The notes under the pieces are model-generated. The model worked only from the letters and a program-made list of their open reading frames with translations. It ran no database searches and was not told the DNA's origin. The translations under genes and the position numbers were made by a program. 40,623 nucleotides of DNA, from assembly GCA_905233995.1 (NCBI GenBank), contig CAJOGF010000053.1, positions 1-40,623 on the forward strand. Reading direction: 5' to 3'. Of the stretch, positions 9,499-17,935 are shown in pieces (within the stretch, counting starts at the first letter, position 1; the number at the start of each line of letters is the position of its first letter). The stretch comes from an uncultured Bacteroidales bacterium (GTDB taxonomy: Bacteria; Bacteroidota; Bacteroidia; Bacteroidales; UBA3824).

Positions 9499-10758
9499 AT
9501 GTCTCTTGTTCTAAAAAACGGAATTTACATTGATTTTTCCACTTTGGATTTTATATCTAAAGACGTGATTTTATCATCGGATAGACAGACTTTAACTTTT
9601 ACAGATTATAATACTTATATTCCTGAAGCGGGCGATCAAGTGGCTGATTGTAGCGGCAAATATATAACACATTCGTTTGCAGATGCTTATTTAAGGCCGG
9701 GATTATCGCTTGCATCAAAAGCCAAAATCTTTACAAAGAGAGAGACAACGTATTTCCGTTATGTTAGCGACATACTTTGGGGTGTAGACAAAGTTTTGGA
9801 TAAGGATTTGGTTTATGCTTCAGCACTTTATGCAGCGATTAATGCGGCGCGAAGTGGCACAACTTTCGCAATATGTAGAAACGAAAGTTCTAATTTTATA
9901 GAAGGTTCGTTGTCGATAGTAAAACAAGCATTTGATGAGGTTGGTATAAGTTCGCTTCAGAGTTATGCAGCGTGTGAGGCTGACGGATATGCAGTAGCCG
10001 AGCGTGCGGTTAACGAAAATGCGCAATTCCTTTCTGCAAATCAAGGTTTGATGGGTATTGCGGCTTCGTATCTTGCAAGTAAAGAATTATTTTCGGTTGT
10101 GGCAAATGTTTGTAAAGAGAAAAACATTGGTCTTTTGATTAATGCTGCTGAAGACGAATTGGATCAAATCAATTCGATGAGGGATTATCGTAGAAGCGTT
10201 GTTTTAAGGCTTTATGAGTCGGGAATGATGGATTTTTGTTCCACTATTTTAGCAAATGCAAATTATATAAGTGATGACGAAAGAAGTTATATAAAAAACA
10301 AACCAGCATGGATTGCGCATAATGCAATTGGTAATTTCAGAAGGGGTATAAAACCTTTTAATTCCATTTGGCTTGATAATATTCTTCTTGGTTCTGACTT
10401 TTCGGGTTCAAGTATGCCAGTGGTTGCCTCTCATGCGTTTTTTTCGTCGTTGGCAACTGACAATGATTTGTTGTTAAAAGACGTTTATAAACGGTTGAGA
10501 GCGGTTCACACTTATACCAAAGTGAATAATTTTGATGGTGATGGCGATAACAATTTAATTGTTTTTGACAATAATTCGCCTTTTGAATTGAACAAAGAAA
10601 ATTTTATTAAGCATTTGGTTTATAATTACAACGCTTTTGATATAAAACTTGTGATTGCGAAAGGAAAAATTGTAGTAAAAAATAATCATGCGGTTCAAAT
10701 AGATGAGAAGGAGGTTCTTAAGTTTATTAAAGAACAAGCCGATAGAATAACCCTTTGA
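9499..10758 (+). CDS. Amidohydrolase-superfamily (SsnA-like) protein with degenerate metal ligands
   Basis: Overall architecture matches (DCSGKY, AARSGTT, LGSD, C-terminal VIAKGKIVV), but the His ligands are substituted. Confidence 0.7.
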   Translation: MSLVLKNGIYIDFSTLDFISKDVILSSDRQTLTFTDYNTYIPEAGDQVADCSGKYITHSFADAYLRPGLSLASKAKIFTKRETTYFRYVSDILWGVDKVLDKDLVYASALYAAINAARSGTTFAICRNESSNFIEGSLSIVKQAFDEVGISSLQSYAACEADGYAVAERAVNENAQFLSANQGLMGIAASYLASKELFSVVANVCKEKNIGLLINAAEDELDQINSMRDYRRSVVLRLYESGMMDFCSTILANANYISDDERSYIKNKPAWIAHNAIGNFRRGIKPFNSIWLDNILLGSDFSGSSMPVVASHAFFSSLATDNDLLLKDVYKRLRAVHTYTKVNNFDGDGDNNLIVFDNNSPFELNKENFIKHLVYNYNAFDIKLVIAKGKIVVKNNHAVQIDEKEVLKFIKEQADRITL

Positions 10759-10762
10759 TGCT

Positions 10763-11851
10763 ATGTTAAAATTTTTACTTAAAATATTGTCCGAATTTTA
10801 TCACGCTGGTACATCATTTAGAAACTTTCTATACGATAACAACGTTATAAAATCACATGAATTTTCGATTCCAGTTATTTCGGTAGGAAATATTACTGTT
10901 GGCGGAACGGGCAAAACTCCGCATACTGAGTATATTGTTAGTTTACTAAAAGATAAGTTTGATGTAACAATTTTGAGTCGTGGTTACAAGCGCAAAACCA
11001 AAGGTTTTTTGAGAGCCACTCTTGATTCTTCAGTTATGGAAATTGGCGACGAGCCAAAGCAAATGGCAAAAAAATTCTTGCCTCAAGCGCAGGTTGTGGT
11101 CTGTGAAAGAAGGGTTGAGGGTATCAAAAAAATAATTAGAAGTCAGGTTGGTAATCAAATTATAGTTATGGACGATGCTTATCAGCATAGAAGTGTTGTA
11201 CCTAAGGTTAATATTTTGCTTGTTGACTACAACCGTCCTGTTTTTGAAGATCATCTTTTGCCATACGGACGATTACGTGAGACTATTGCAAAAGGTACAG
11301 CAAGGGCTCATATTATTATTGTTACGAAATGTCCTGAGGATATAAAGCCGATTGAAAAAAATATTTTTGCAAAAAATCTTAATCGTTTGCCTTTTCAGGC
11401 GATTTATTTTACTAATTTTCAATATGGTAAATTGACAAAAGTTTTTTCTCAGGCGCAAGATATTCCCGAAATTGATTCGCAAACACATATTTTGTTGTTG
11501 ACGGGAATTGCAAATACTACTGTTTTGGAAGATTATGTTAAGAATAATTTTTCAAAAAATATAACGCATATAAAATTCAAGGATCATCATAATTTTAGAA
11601 AAAAAGATATAGCAAAGATTACTGATTCTTTCAACGCTATAAAAGGCAAAAAACTTATTCTTACAACCGAAAAAGATGCTGTAAGGCTTGAAGAATTAAA
11701 TTTTGGATTGGAATTGAAAAAATGTATGTATTTTCTTCCTGTTCAAGTGAATTTTATATCCGAAGAAGAAGGTCAAAAGTTTAACGCTCAAATACTTAAA
11801 TATGTTACAGAAAATACAACAGACTATAAATTACATACGTCAGTGCATTGA
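10763..11851 (+). CDS. lpxK: Tetraacyldisaccharide 4'-kinase
   Basis: PVISVGNITVGGTGKTP, LSRGYKR, GDEP, DDAYQH, LLPYGRLRE, FKDHH, TTEKDAVR. Confidence 0.96.
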   Translation: MLKFLLKILSEFYHAGTSFRNFLYDNNVIKSHEFSIPVISVGNITVGGTGKTPHTEYIVSLLKDKFDVTILSRGYKRKTKGFLRATLDSSVMEIGDEPKQMAKKFLPQAQVVVCERRVEGIKKIIRSQVGNQIIVMDDAYQHRSVVPKVNILLVDYNRPVFEDHLLPYGRLRETIAKGTARAHIIIVTKCPEDIKPIEKNIFAKNLNRLPFQAIYFTNFQYGKLTKVFSQAQDIPEIDSQTHILLLTGIANTTVLEDYVKNNFSKNITHIKFKDHHNFRKKDIAKITDSFNAIKGKKLILTTEKDAVRLEELNFGLELKKCMYFLPVQVNFISEEEGQKFNAQILKYVTENTTDYKLHTSVH

Positions 11852-12611
11852 TTTTGAGCCAGAAGTTGGTATTATTTTAGGCACAGGCTTAGGAAATCTT
11901 GCCAACGATATTCAGGTTGAGAAAACATTAAGTTATGCTGACATTCCTAACTTTCCTGTTTCTACGGTTCAGGGACATAAGGGGCAACTTGTTTTTGGAA
12001 TGCTTTCAGGGAAAAAGGTTGTTGCTATGCAGGGACGTTTCCATTTTTATGAAGGTTATTCGATGGAGCAGGTAACATATCCTGTTAGGGTTCTGAAAAT
12101 GTTAGGAATCAAAATGCTGATTGTAAGTAATGCGTCAGGAGGAATGAATACCTCCTTTCAAGTTGGAGATATTATGGTTATTACTGACCATATTAATCAT
12201 TTTGGTACTAATCCATTGATTGGTAAAAATTATGACGAATTTGGACCAAGATTTCCTGAAATGTCAGAGGCATACGATAAACGTTTTATAAAACTTGCGT
12301 TTGAAGTTGCTGAAAAAAACAACATTCATCTTCAGAAAGGTGTTTATATCGGTGTTACTGGTCCTACTTTTGAAACTCCTGCTGAATATAAATTTTTCCA
12401 TATTGCGGGTGCTGATGCGGTCGGTATGAGTACCGTCCCAGAAGTAATTGTAGCAAGGCACATGTCTTTACCTGTCTTTGCACTTTCTGTCATAACGGAT
12501 ATGGGAATTGGAACCACTGAAAAGCCAACTCACGAAGAGGTTCAGAAAGCGGCTGCGGCTGCCGAACCAAAAATGACTTTGGTAATAAAAGAAATGTTAA
12601 AAGAATTATAA
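11802..12611 (+). CDS. punA: Purine-nucleoside phosphorylase (trimeric type)
   Basis: ILGTGLG, STVQGH, QGRFHFYEG, NASGG, GPTFETPAE, VGMSTVPE; overlaps lpxK by 50 nt. Confidence 0.93.
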   Translation: MLQKIQQTINYIRQCIDFEPEVGIILGTGLGNLANDIQVEKTLSYADIPNFPVSTVQGHKGQLVFGMLSGKKVVAMQGRFHFYEGYSMEQVTYPVRVLKMLGIKMLIVSNASGGMNTSFQVGDIMVITDHINHFGTNPLIGKNYDEFGPRFPEMSEAYDKRFIKLAFEVAEKNNIHLQKGVYIGVTGPTFETPAEYKFFHIAGADAVGMSTVPEVIVARHMSLPVFALSVITDMGIGTTEKPTHEEVQKAAAAAEPKMTLVIKEMLKEL

Positions 12612-12653
12612 AAAAAAATTGATGCCGATTTTCATTCGACATCAATTTTTTTT
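12611..12653. terminator. Bidirectional intrinsic terminator
   Basis: A-run-TTGATG ... CATCAA-T-run inverted repeat between convergent genes. Confidence 0.8.
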
Positions 12654-12657
12654 ATTG

Positions 12658-13059
12658 TTAAAACGGTAAATCGTCTGCGCCTTCCGCTTTAGGCTCTTCA
12701 ACATGTGGATTCGTTGGAGGCGGTGGCGTTGTGTTTGTTTGCTGCTGTGTTGTGTTTGTATTGTTTGATGTTGTGGTGTTTCCGTTAGCATCAACTTTGT
12801 CAACACGATAAGCAACTAAGTCGGTGTAAACTCTACCGTTGAACTCTCTACTGTTGATGTCAAAAAAGACTTTCACATTGTCGCCTTCTTTGAAATTTGA
12901 TAAATTTACTCTGTCGTTCCAAATTGTAAATTGACCGTATGAAGTATATTGTCCCGGCAATTCAATTACAAAAAATTGTTTGCTCCATTTTTTGCCGTTT
13001 TTTTCGCCCGACACCGGCTCTAAGGTTTTAAAGAATTTTCCTTCTACATCTAATGCCAT
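12658..13059 (-). CDS. DUF3127 family (SSB-like OB-fold) protein
   Basis: KKWSKQFFVIE, GDNVKVFFDINSREFNGRVYTDL; low-complexity linker and DDLPF C-terminus. Confidence 0.85.
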   Translation of the reverse strand: MALDVEGKFFKTLEPVSGEKNGKKWSKQFFVIELPGQYTSYGQFTIWNDRVNLSNFKEGDNVKVFFDINSREFNGRVYTDLVAYRVDKVDANGNTTTSNNTNTTQQQTNTTPPPPTNPHVEEPKAEGADDLPF

Positions 13060-13099
13060 TTTCTTTTTGTTTTTTATTTGTTAGACAATCGGGTTTTTA

Positions 13100-13426
13100 T
13101 TAAAACGGTGCGGGTTCGTTGTTGACAGATGAATCATCAGCAGGTTTGCTGCTACCGTCGAGTTTTTCAATTCTCCATGCTCTAAGCGATGTTATATATT
13201 TGCCTTGCCATTCGTTGCTTCTAATATCAAAAGATACTTTTACTTTGTCTCCCTCTTTACAAGATTGCAAATCTGCTCCGTTGTTGTACACATCAAAAGC
13301 CGCAAGGGTTGGATAGTTGCCCGGCACTTCAATCATAAAGTCTTGAGATGTCCATGTGCCATTGCGACCTTCGCCTGTTCTTTCAGGAAAGATTTTCGTA
13401 ATTTTGCCTTCTATTTCTAATGCCAT
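13100..13426 (-). CDS. DUF3127 family protein (paralogue)
   Basis: LEIEGKI, WTSQDFMIE, GDKVKVSFDIRSNEWQGKYITSLRAWRIE; EPAPF C-terminus. Confidence 0.85.
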   Translation of the reverse strand: MALEIEGKITKIFPERTGEGRNGTWTSQDFMIEVPGNYPTLAAFDVYNNGADLQSCKEGDKVKVSFDIRSNEWQGKYITSLRAWRIEKLDGSSKPADDSSVNNEPAPF

Positions 13427-13461
13427 GTTTCAAATAAAGTTTTTAAAAGGTTAAAAAAAAA

Positions 13462-14184
13462 CTATTTCTTTGTTTTATCATCTTCAGCCTTTATGATTTG
13501 CAATAGTTCAATCTCGAAAATAAGTGTACTATTTGGCGGTATTGCTTGAGCGCCTCTTGGTCCGTAGCCTAAGTCTGAAGGAATATAAACTTTCCATTTA
13601 GAACCAACAGGCATTGCTTGAAGTGTTAATTGCCAACCTCTTATGACATTTCGCAATGGAAATGTTATGGGCTGACCTCTGTCAACACTACTATCGAATT
13701 TTGTGCCGTCAATAAGTGTTCCTGTGTAATGAACTTCAACTTGGTCGTCTATCGATGGTTTTGCGCCGTTACCTTCTGTTATAACTTCGTAATAAATATC
13801 TGCGCTATCAAGTTTTTTGACGCCTTCTTTTTTTGCAATGTCGGACAAAAATTTTGTTCCTTTTTCAAGATTTTCCATAGCCTCTTTCTGTTGTTTGTCC
13901 ATCATATATTGACGGACGAACATCATAGCCTCTTGAGGGTCTTTGAATTTGAAATTTGCAGTGTCTTTTTTTTGTGCAGCAGAAAAACCTGCCCAAAAAT
14001 TGTTTAAATCCATTTCAGAGAATTGATCTGTTAGTTGAGTGCCTTCAAGAAAGCCGATTGCATAACTTGCAGAATCAATTTTGTTGTTTAAATTTGCCTT
14101 AGCATTAAGACCATTTGAACCGCTTGTACATGCAGACAACGCGAGTGCAGAGGCTGCTAAACAAAATAATGATGTTGTTCTCAT
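13462..14184 (-). CDS. FKBP-type peptidyl-prolyl isomerase, lipoprotein
   Basis: Lipobox LSAC, DSASYAIG, VHYTGTLIDGTKFDSS, IPPNSTLIFEIEL. Confidence 0.93.
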   Translation of the reverse strand: MRTTSLFCLAASALALSACTSGSNGLNAKANLNNKIDSASYAIGFLEGTQLTDQFSEMDLNNFWAGFSAAQKKDTANFKFKDPQEAMMFVRQYMMDKQQKEAMENLEKGTKFLSDIAKKEGVKKLDSADIYYEVITEGNGAKPSIDDQVEVHYTGTLIDGTKFDSSVDRGQPITFPLRNVIRGWQLTLQAMPVGSKWKVYIPSDLGYGPRGAQAIPPNSTLIFEIELLQIIKAEDDKTKK

Positions 14185-14234
14185 TTTTAATTTATATCTA
14201 ATTTTTTTTTGATTTCTTACAATTAATAAATCTC

Positions 14235-14945
14235 TTATTCGTCTTCTGTATCTTTAGAAGGAGGCTCAACGCTTACGAGTTCTATTTCAAAAATAAGTGT
14301 AGAAAACGCTGGCATTGCTTCGCTTGGAGAATAATCGCCATAACCGAGTTCTTGAGGAATGTATAATATGTATTTTGCACCTTCTCTCATCAGTTTCAGA
14401 CCTTCTGTCATACCGGGGATTAGATAATTCATGCTTAATTTTATCGGCTCCTCGTTGTCATAACTTGTGTCAAAAACGGTTCCGTCGATAAGTCTTCCTT
14501 CGTAATGTATTCTGATGTCATCGTTGTCAGAGGGAGTCTTGCCGTTTTTGTCGCCATAATCCAAAACCTTGTACTGAAGTCCCGATTCTGTGGTTTTGAC
14601 ACCTTCTTTTTGGGCGTTTGCAGCAAAAAATTCTCTCTCTTTTTTCATCTGACTTTCTTTCAACTCTTGCTCTTTCTTGTTGAAAAAGTCTTGAAGTACG
14701 TTTTTACATTCTTCTAACGAAAGTAGTGGCGAATTGTTAACTTTGCTGTCATTGAAGGCTCTACCTACGATTGTTGCGTCATAATCCGTAAGTCCTTCTT
14801 TCACCATATTTTGCGCTAACATATAGCCTAACGCGTAACTTATAGAATCGGTTTCAGAGGTGATTTTTACCTTATTGAAATGTTTTTGAGCCAAGACTGG
14901 ATATACATTCAGTGCTAACAAAACTAATGCGAAAATTTTTTTCAT
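14235..14945 (-). CDS. FKBP-type peptidyl-prolyl isomerase
   Basis: Signal peptide, DSISYALG, TESGLQY, HYEGRLIDGTVFD, STLIFEIEL. Confidence 0.93.
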   Translation of the reverse strand: MKKIFALVLLALNVYPVLAQKHFNKVKITSETDSISYALGYMLAQNMVKEGLTDYDATIVGRAFNDSKVNNSPLLSLEECKNVLQDFFNKKEQELKESQMKKEREFFAANAQKEGVKTTESGLQYKVLDYGDKNGKTPSDNDDIRIHYEGRLIDGTVFDTSYDNEEPIKLSMNYLIPGMTEGLKLMREGAKYILYIPQELGYGDYSPSEAMPAFSTLIFEIELVSVEPPSKDTEDE

Positions 14946-14959
14946 CTTTTTTTTTACTT

Positions 14960-15478
14960 TTAAAAAATTACAGTTATTTCCGATTTCAAAACGCCTATTG
15001 CTGCTGCAACTGGTTCGTTTTCTTGAGCGGAATATATTTCAACTATTTTTTTGCCGAGTTCTGAGGCTTTTGCATCAATTTCTACGGTTTGAGAGGCTTG
15101 ATTTACGATTTGTGTAATCAGTTCTTTTACGTCAGTAACGGCTTTCCATGCTTGAGAAGAAACATAAATCTGTTGAGAAAGGTTGTGTTCGTATTCAGCG
15201 CGGATAGAGGTTAGAAGGTTGTGTTGAAGTTCTAACGCTGTCATTCCGGGTTCTGTTACTCTAACAATAAGATTTTGTGGGTTAATTCTTTCGAGCAGTA
15301 GAGTTAGTCTTTCGTATGCTGCGAGTCTTATAGGGGTTACAGTTTTGTGATTTTCTACGGCGAGAGAGAGTTTTTCTTTCGAGTCCTCGCGGTCAAAAAA
15401 CTGCTTGATAATCATATATGTAGCCGCCAAAACAACTAATGACGGTAAAACATATTTAAATATTTCTAATAATTCCAT
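14960..15478 (-). CDS. Conserved Bacteroidota membrane-anchored hypothetical protein
   Basis: N-terminal TM helix; PIRLAAYERLTLLLERI and EYEHNLSQQIYVS motifs; own -7 element at 15508-15515. Confidence 0.8.
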   Translation of the reverse strand: MELLEIFKYVLPSLVVLAATYMIIKQFFDREDSKEKLSLAVENHKTVTPIRLAAYERLTLLLERINPQNLIVRVTEPGMTALELQHNLLTSIRAEYEHNLSQQIYVSSQAWKAVTDVKELITQIVNQASQTVEIDAKASELGKKIVEIYSAQENEPVAAAIGVLKSEITVIF

Positions 15479-15507
15479 TTCGTTATTAATATTATAAAAA
15501 ACCGCTG

Positions 15508-15577
15508 CAAAATTAATAAAACTTTTTTAGTAATTCATTTTTTTATTTTAATTTTTCTGTAAAAACCTTTATCTTTG
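15508..15577. promoter_or_regulatory. Divergent pair of -7 elements
   Basis: TAATTTTG on minus (15508-15515) and TATCTTTG on plus (15570-15577), each about 30 nt from a start codon. Confidence 0.65.
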
Positions 15578-15605
15578 CCAAAAACAATTGCAAAAACTTA
15601 TAATC

Positions 15606-16550
15606 ATGGCACGAATAGCGAACCCAATATACGATGCGGCGTTTAAATATTTGATGGACGAACCAAGAGTTGCAAAAACTCTTATTGCTGCTGTCTTGAA
15701 AATAGACAAGTCTGACATTATTGAATTAACGCCCGATCGCAATGAAGTCATCACTACCAAGAGAGACGAAATCAACGCTTGTCGTTTGGATTTTACAGTT
15801 AGAATCAAAACCAAAAAAGGCACAAAGGCGGTTTATATCGAACTTCAGAAGGCTTGGGCAAAAGGCGAAATGAAACGTTTTCGTTCGTATCTTGCTGCTC
15901 AATACACCAGAGCCTCGAATGTCGGTAATGACAATCATCCATTGCCAGTTTTGTCAATTTATATTCTTGGCGAAAAAGTTGACCATCTTAGCGAGGCTGT
16001 TACTTATATTTCTCGTCATTATTATAATCAGAATGGAATTGAAATTAACGTTGATTGTCCGAGTTGGTTTGTAGAATGTCTTTCGCATGATATGGTTGTA
16101 ATTCAGATTCCTAAAATTACTCCTCGTCCAGATTCAACATTGGATAATCTTTTGACGATGTTTGATCAAAGCAAAATTGATAGTAAAGACCGTCAGATTA
16201 TCAATTATGACATTGACGATTACGAGGTTCCCAAAGGCGAACTTCGTGATGATATGCGCTTTATAGTCCGCCGTCTTGAACAAGCAACTGTCAGTGAAGA
16301 AATTCGTATGAAGATGGATTTGGAAGATAAAGTTGAAGAAATGCTCAACGATAAAAAGTCTGCAGAGGCAAAAGTTGCAGAGCAAGAAAAATTGTTGCAA
16401 GAGAAAGATTCTCAATTACAAGAACAATCGGTACAATTGCAAGAACAATCGGTTCAATTGCAAGAACAATCTTTTACAATTAAGCAACAAAAATCCGAAT
16501 TGGAAAAGTTGAGACAACTATTGAAACAGAATGGTTTAACTGATATATAG
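15606..16550 (+). CDS. Rpn-like PD-(D/E)XK nuclease family protein with coiled-coil tail
   Basis: IANPIYDAAFKYLM start, RLDF...IELQK nuclease-like motif, RFRSYL, C-terminal QLQEQSV repeats; ATG 15606. Confidence 0.75.
   Translation: MARIANPIYDAAFKYLMDEPRVAKTLIAAVLKIDKSDIIELTPDRNEVITTKRDEINACRLDFTVRIKTKKGTKAVYIELQKAWAKGEMKRFRSYLAAQYTRASNVGNDNHPLPVLSIYILGEKVDHLSEAVTYISRHYYNQNGIEINVDCPSWFVECLSHDMVVIQIPKITPRPDSTLDNLLTMFDQSKIDSKDRQIINYDIDDYEVPKGELRDDMRFIVRRLEQATVSEEIRMKMDLEDKVEEMLNDKKSAEAKVAEQEKLLQEKDSQLQEQSVQLQEQSVQLQEQSFTIKQQKSELEKLRQLLKQNGLTDI
16413..16475 (+). repeat. 21-bp coding tandem repeat x3 (QLQEQSV)
   Basis: CAATTACAAGAACAATCGGTA / CAATTGCAAGAACAATCGGTT / CAATTGCAAGAACAATCTTTT. Confidence 0.9.
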
Positions 16551-16554
16551 CCTT

Positions 16555-16670
16555 TAGGGGAGTTCTAAAAATTAGATTTTTCAAGGCGTATGAAATCGAA
16601 AAAGCGCAGTTTACTGATTGTAAATGAGCATTTTGAGATTGAAATACAACGGTTTATTTTAATTTTTTAT
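16555..16670. repeat. Palindromic intergenic element, RPE-1/MITE-like, right end degenerate
   Basis: Nested stems AATC/GATT, AAAAGC/GCATTTT and TTTAC/GTAAA, within a CAAGGCG...GCAG-stem-TGAG...CAACG frame. Confidence 0.5.
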
Positions 16671-16722
16671 ATAAGAAATTTTCATTATTTTTGCAAAAAA
16701 ATATGTCGGATAGTTTTTTAAA

Positions 16723-17919
16723 ATGATAGATAGTAAAAAAATATTATTTTATACTTGTTCATTGTTTTGTGTTTTGTCGTGTGTCGCACCTGAGACAGAA
16801 GACAATGATTTGTGTTTTTTTATTGACGGAGATTTTCCTGCCATGAAAGGTGATACCGTTTTTTTGGAGTATATCAATGATTCTGGACTCGAATTAATGG
16901 ACTCTTCTATTGTTGACGATGAAGGAAAATTCTCTTTGAACTCCAAAATTTCAACGGCGGATTTTTACACTTTAAGATTCTCTGATAAGGAAAAATTTAT
17001 AACGCTTATACCTGATACTTGTCAGAAAATATCTTTGAACTCTAAGGAGAAAGATTTTCATCGCAATTATAGTATAGAGGGGTCTCCTGAAAGTGAAAAA
17101 ATATGTAATGTAGTGTCTCAACTTACCAAACTACAAGATATTACTGATTCACTTGGGAAAATTTTTAGGGCATCGGTTTCTGAGAAAAATTTGGCGGAAA
17201 TAAAATATTCGTTGGATTCTATTTATGAAATTCATTACAAAAATTTAAGAAAGTTTTCTGACAATTTTTTGAAAGAAAATTCAAATTCGTTGACACAAAT
17301 TGTCTGTGTCTCGCAATATATAAATCCAAAAACGCCTCTCTATGACCCCGAAAAAGATTTAGAGGTTTACAAAAAAGTTTGTGATAATTTAAATGATTAT
17401 TTCCCTGACAACTATTACACAAAGCGTATGATTGCTTTTTTGGAGCGTCAGAAACTTTCGTTAAGCGGTGAAAAACCTCTTGAATGTGTAATCAAAAAAG
17501 GAATGAAGGCACCAGACATTCAATTGAAAAATCAAAAAGGAGAGACTTTCAGCCTTTATGACCTTCATGAAAAAAAATATATTTTTGTAAGTTTTACGGC
17601 ATCTTGGTCTGATGTTTCAAAAGATTACAACGAACAATTAGTAAAGGTGTACAAAAAATATTATCTAAAACGATTTTCAGTATATCAAGTTTGGTTGGAG
17701 TCTCGTCAAGATAGTTGGAAAAAAGCCCTTTATGAGCAAAGAATTCCTTGGATGACGTATTCGGATTTCAAAAATTGGAATACGCAAGCCGTGAAAGATT
17801 ACGGTGTCAAAACACTTCCGTCAAATTTTTTGTTGAACGGCGATTTTACTGTTTTGGAAACAGACCTCACTGTTAGTGAATTAGAAAGATTTTTGGAACA
17901 ACATTTACAGAAAAAATAA
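16723..17919 (+). CDS. DUF4369 + TlpA/AhpC-TSA redoxin-like lipoprotein (no CXXC)
   Basis: LSC lipobox, APDIQLKNQKGETFSL, FTASWSDVS in place of WASWCxxC, YGVKTLPSNFLL. Confidence 0.8.
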   Translation: MIDSKKILFYTCSLFCVLSCVAPETEDNDLCFFIDGDFPAMKGDTVFLEYINDSGLELMDSSIVDDEGKFSLNSKISTADFYTLRFSDKEKFITLIPDTCQKISLNSKEKDFHRNYSIEGSPESEKICNVVSQLTKLQDITDSLGKIFRASVSEKNLAEIKYSLDSIYEIHYKNLRKFSDNFLKENSNSLTQIVCVSQYINPKTPLYDPEKDLEVYKKVCDNLNDYFPDNYYTKRMIAFLERQKLSLSGEKPLECVIKKGMKAPDIQLKNQKGETFSLYDLHEKKYIFVSFTASWSDVSKDYNEQLVKVYKKYYLKRFSVYQVWLESRQDSWKKALYEQRIPWMTYSDFKNWNTQAVKDYGVKTLPSNFLLNGDFTVLETDLTVSELERFLEQHLQKK

Positions 17920-17935
17920 ATAATAAAAAAAATAT

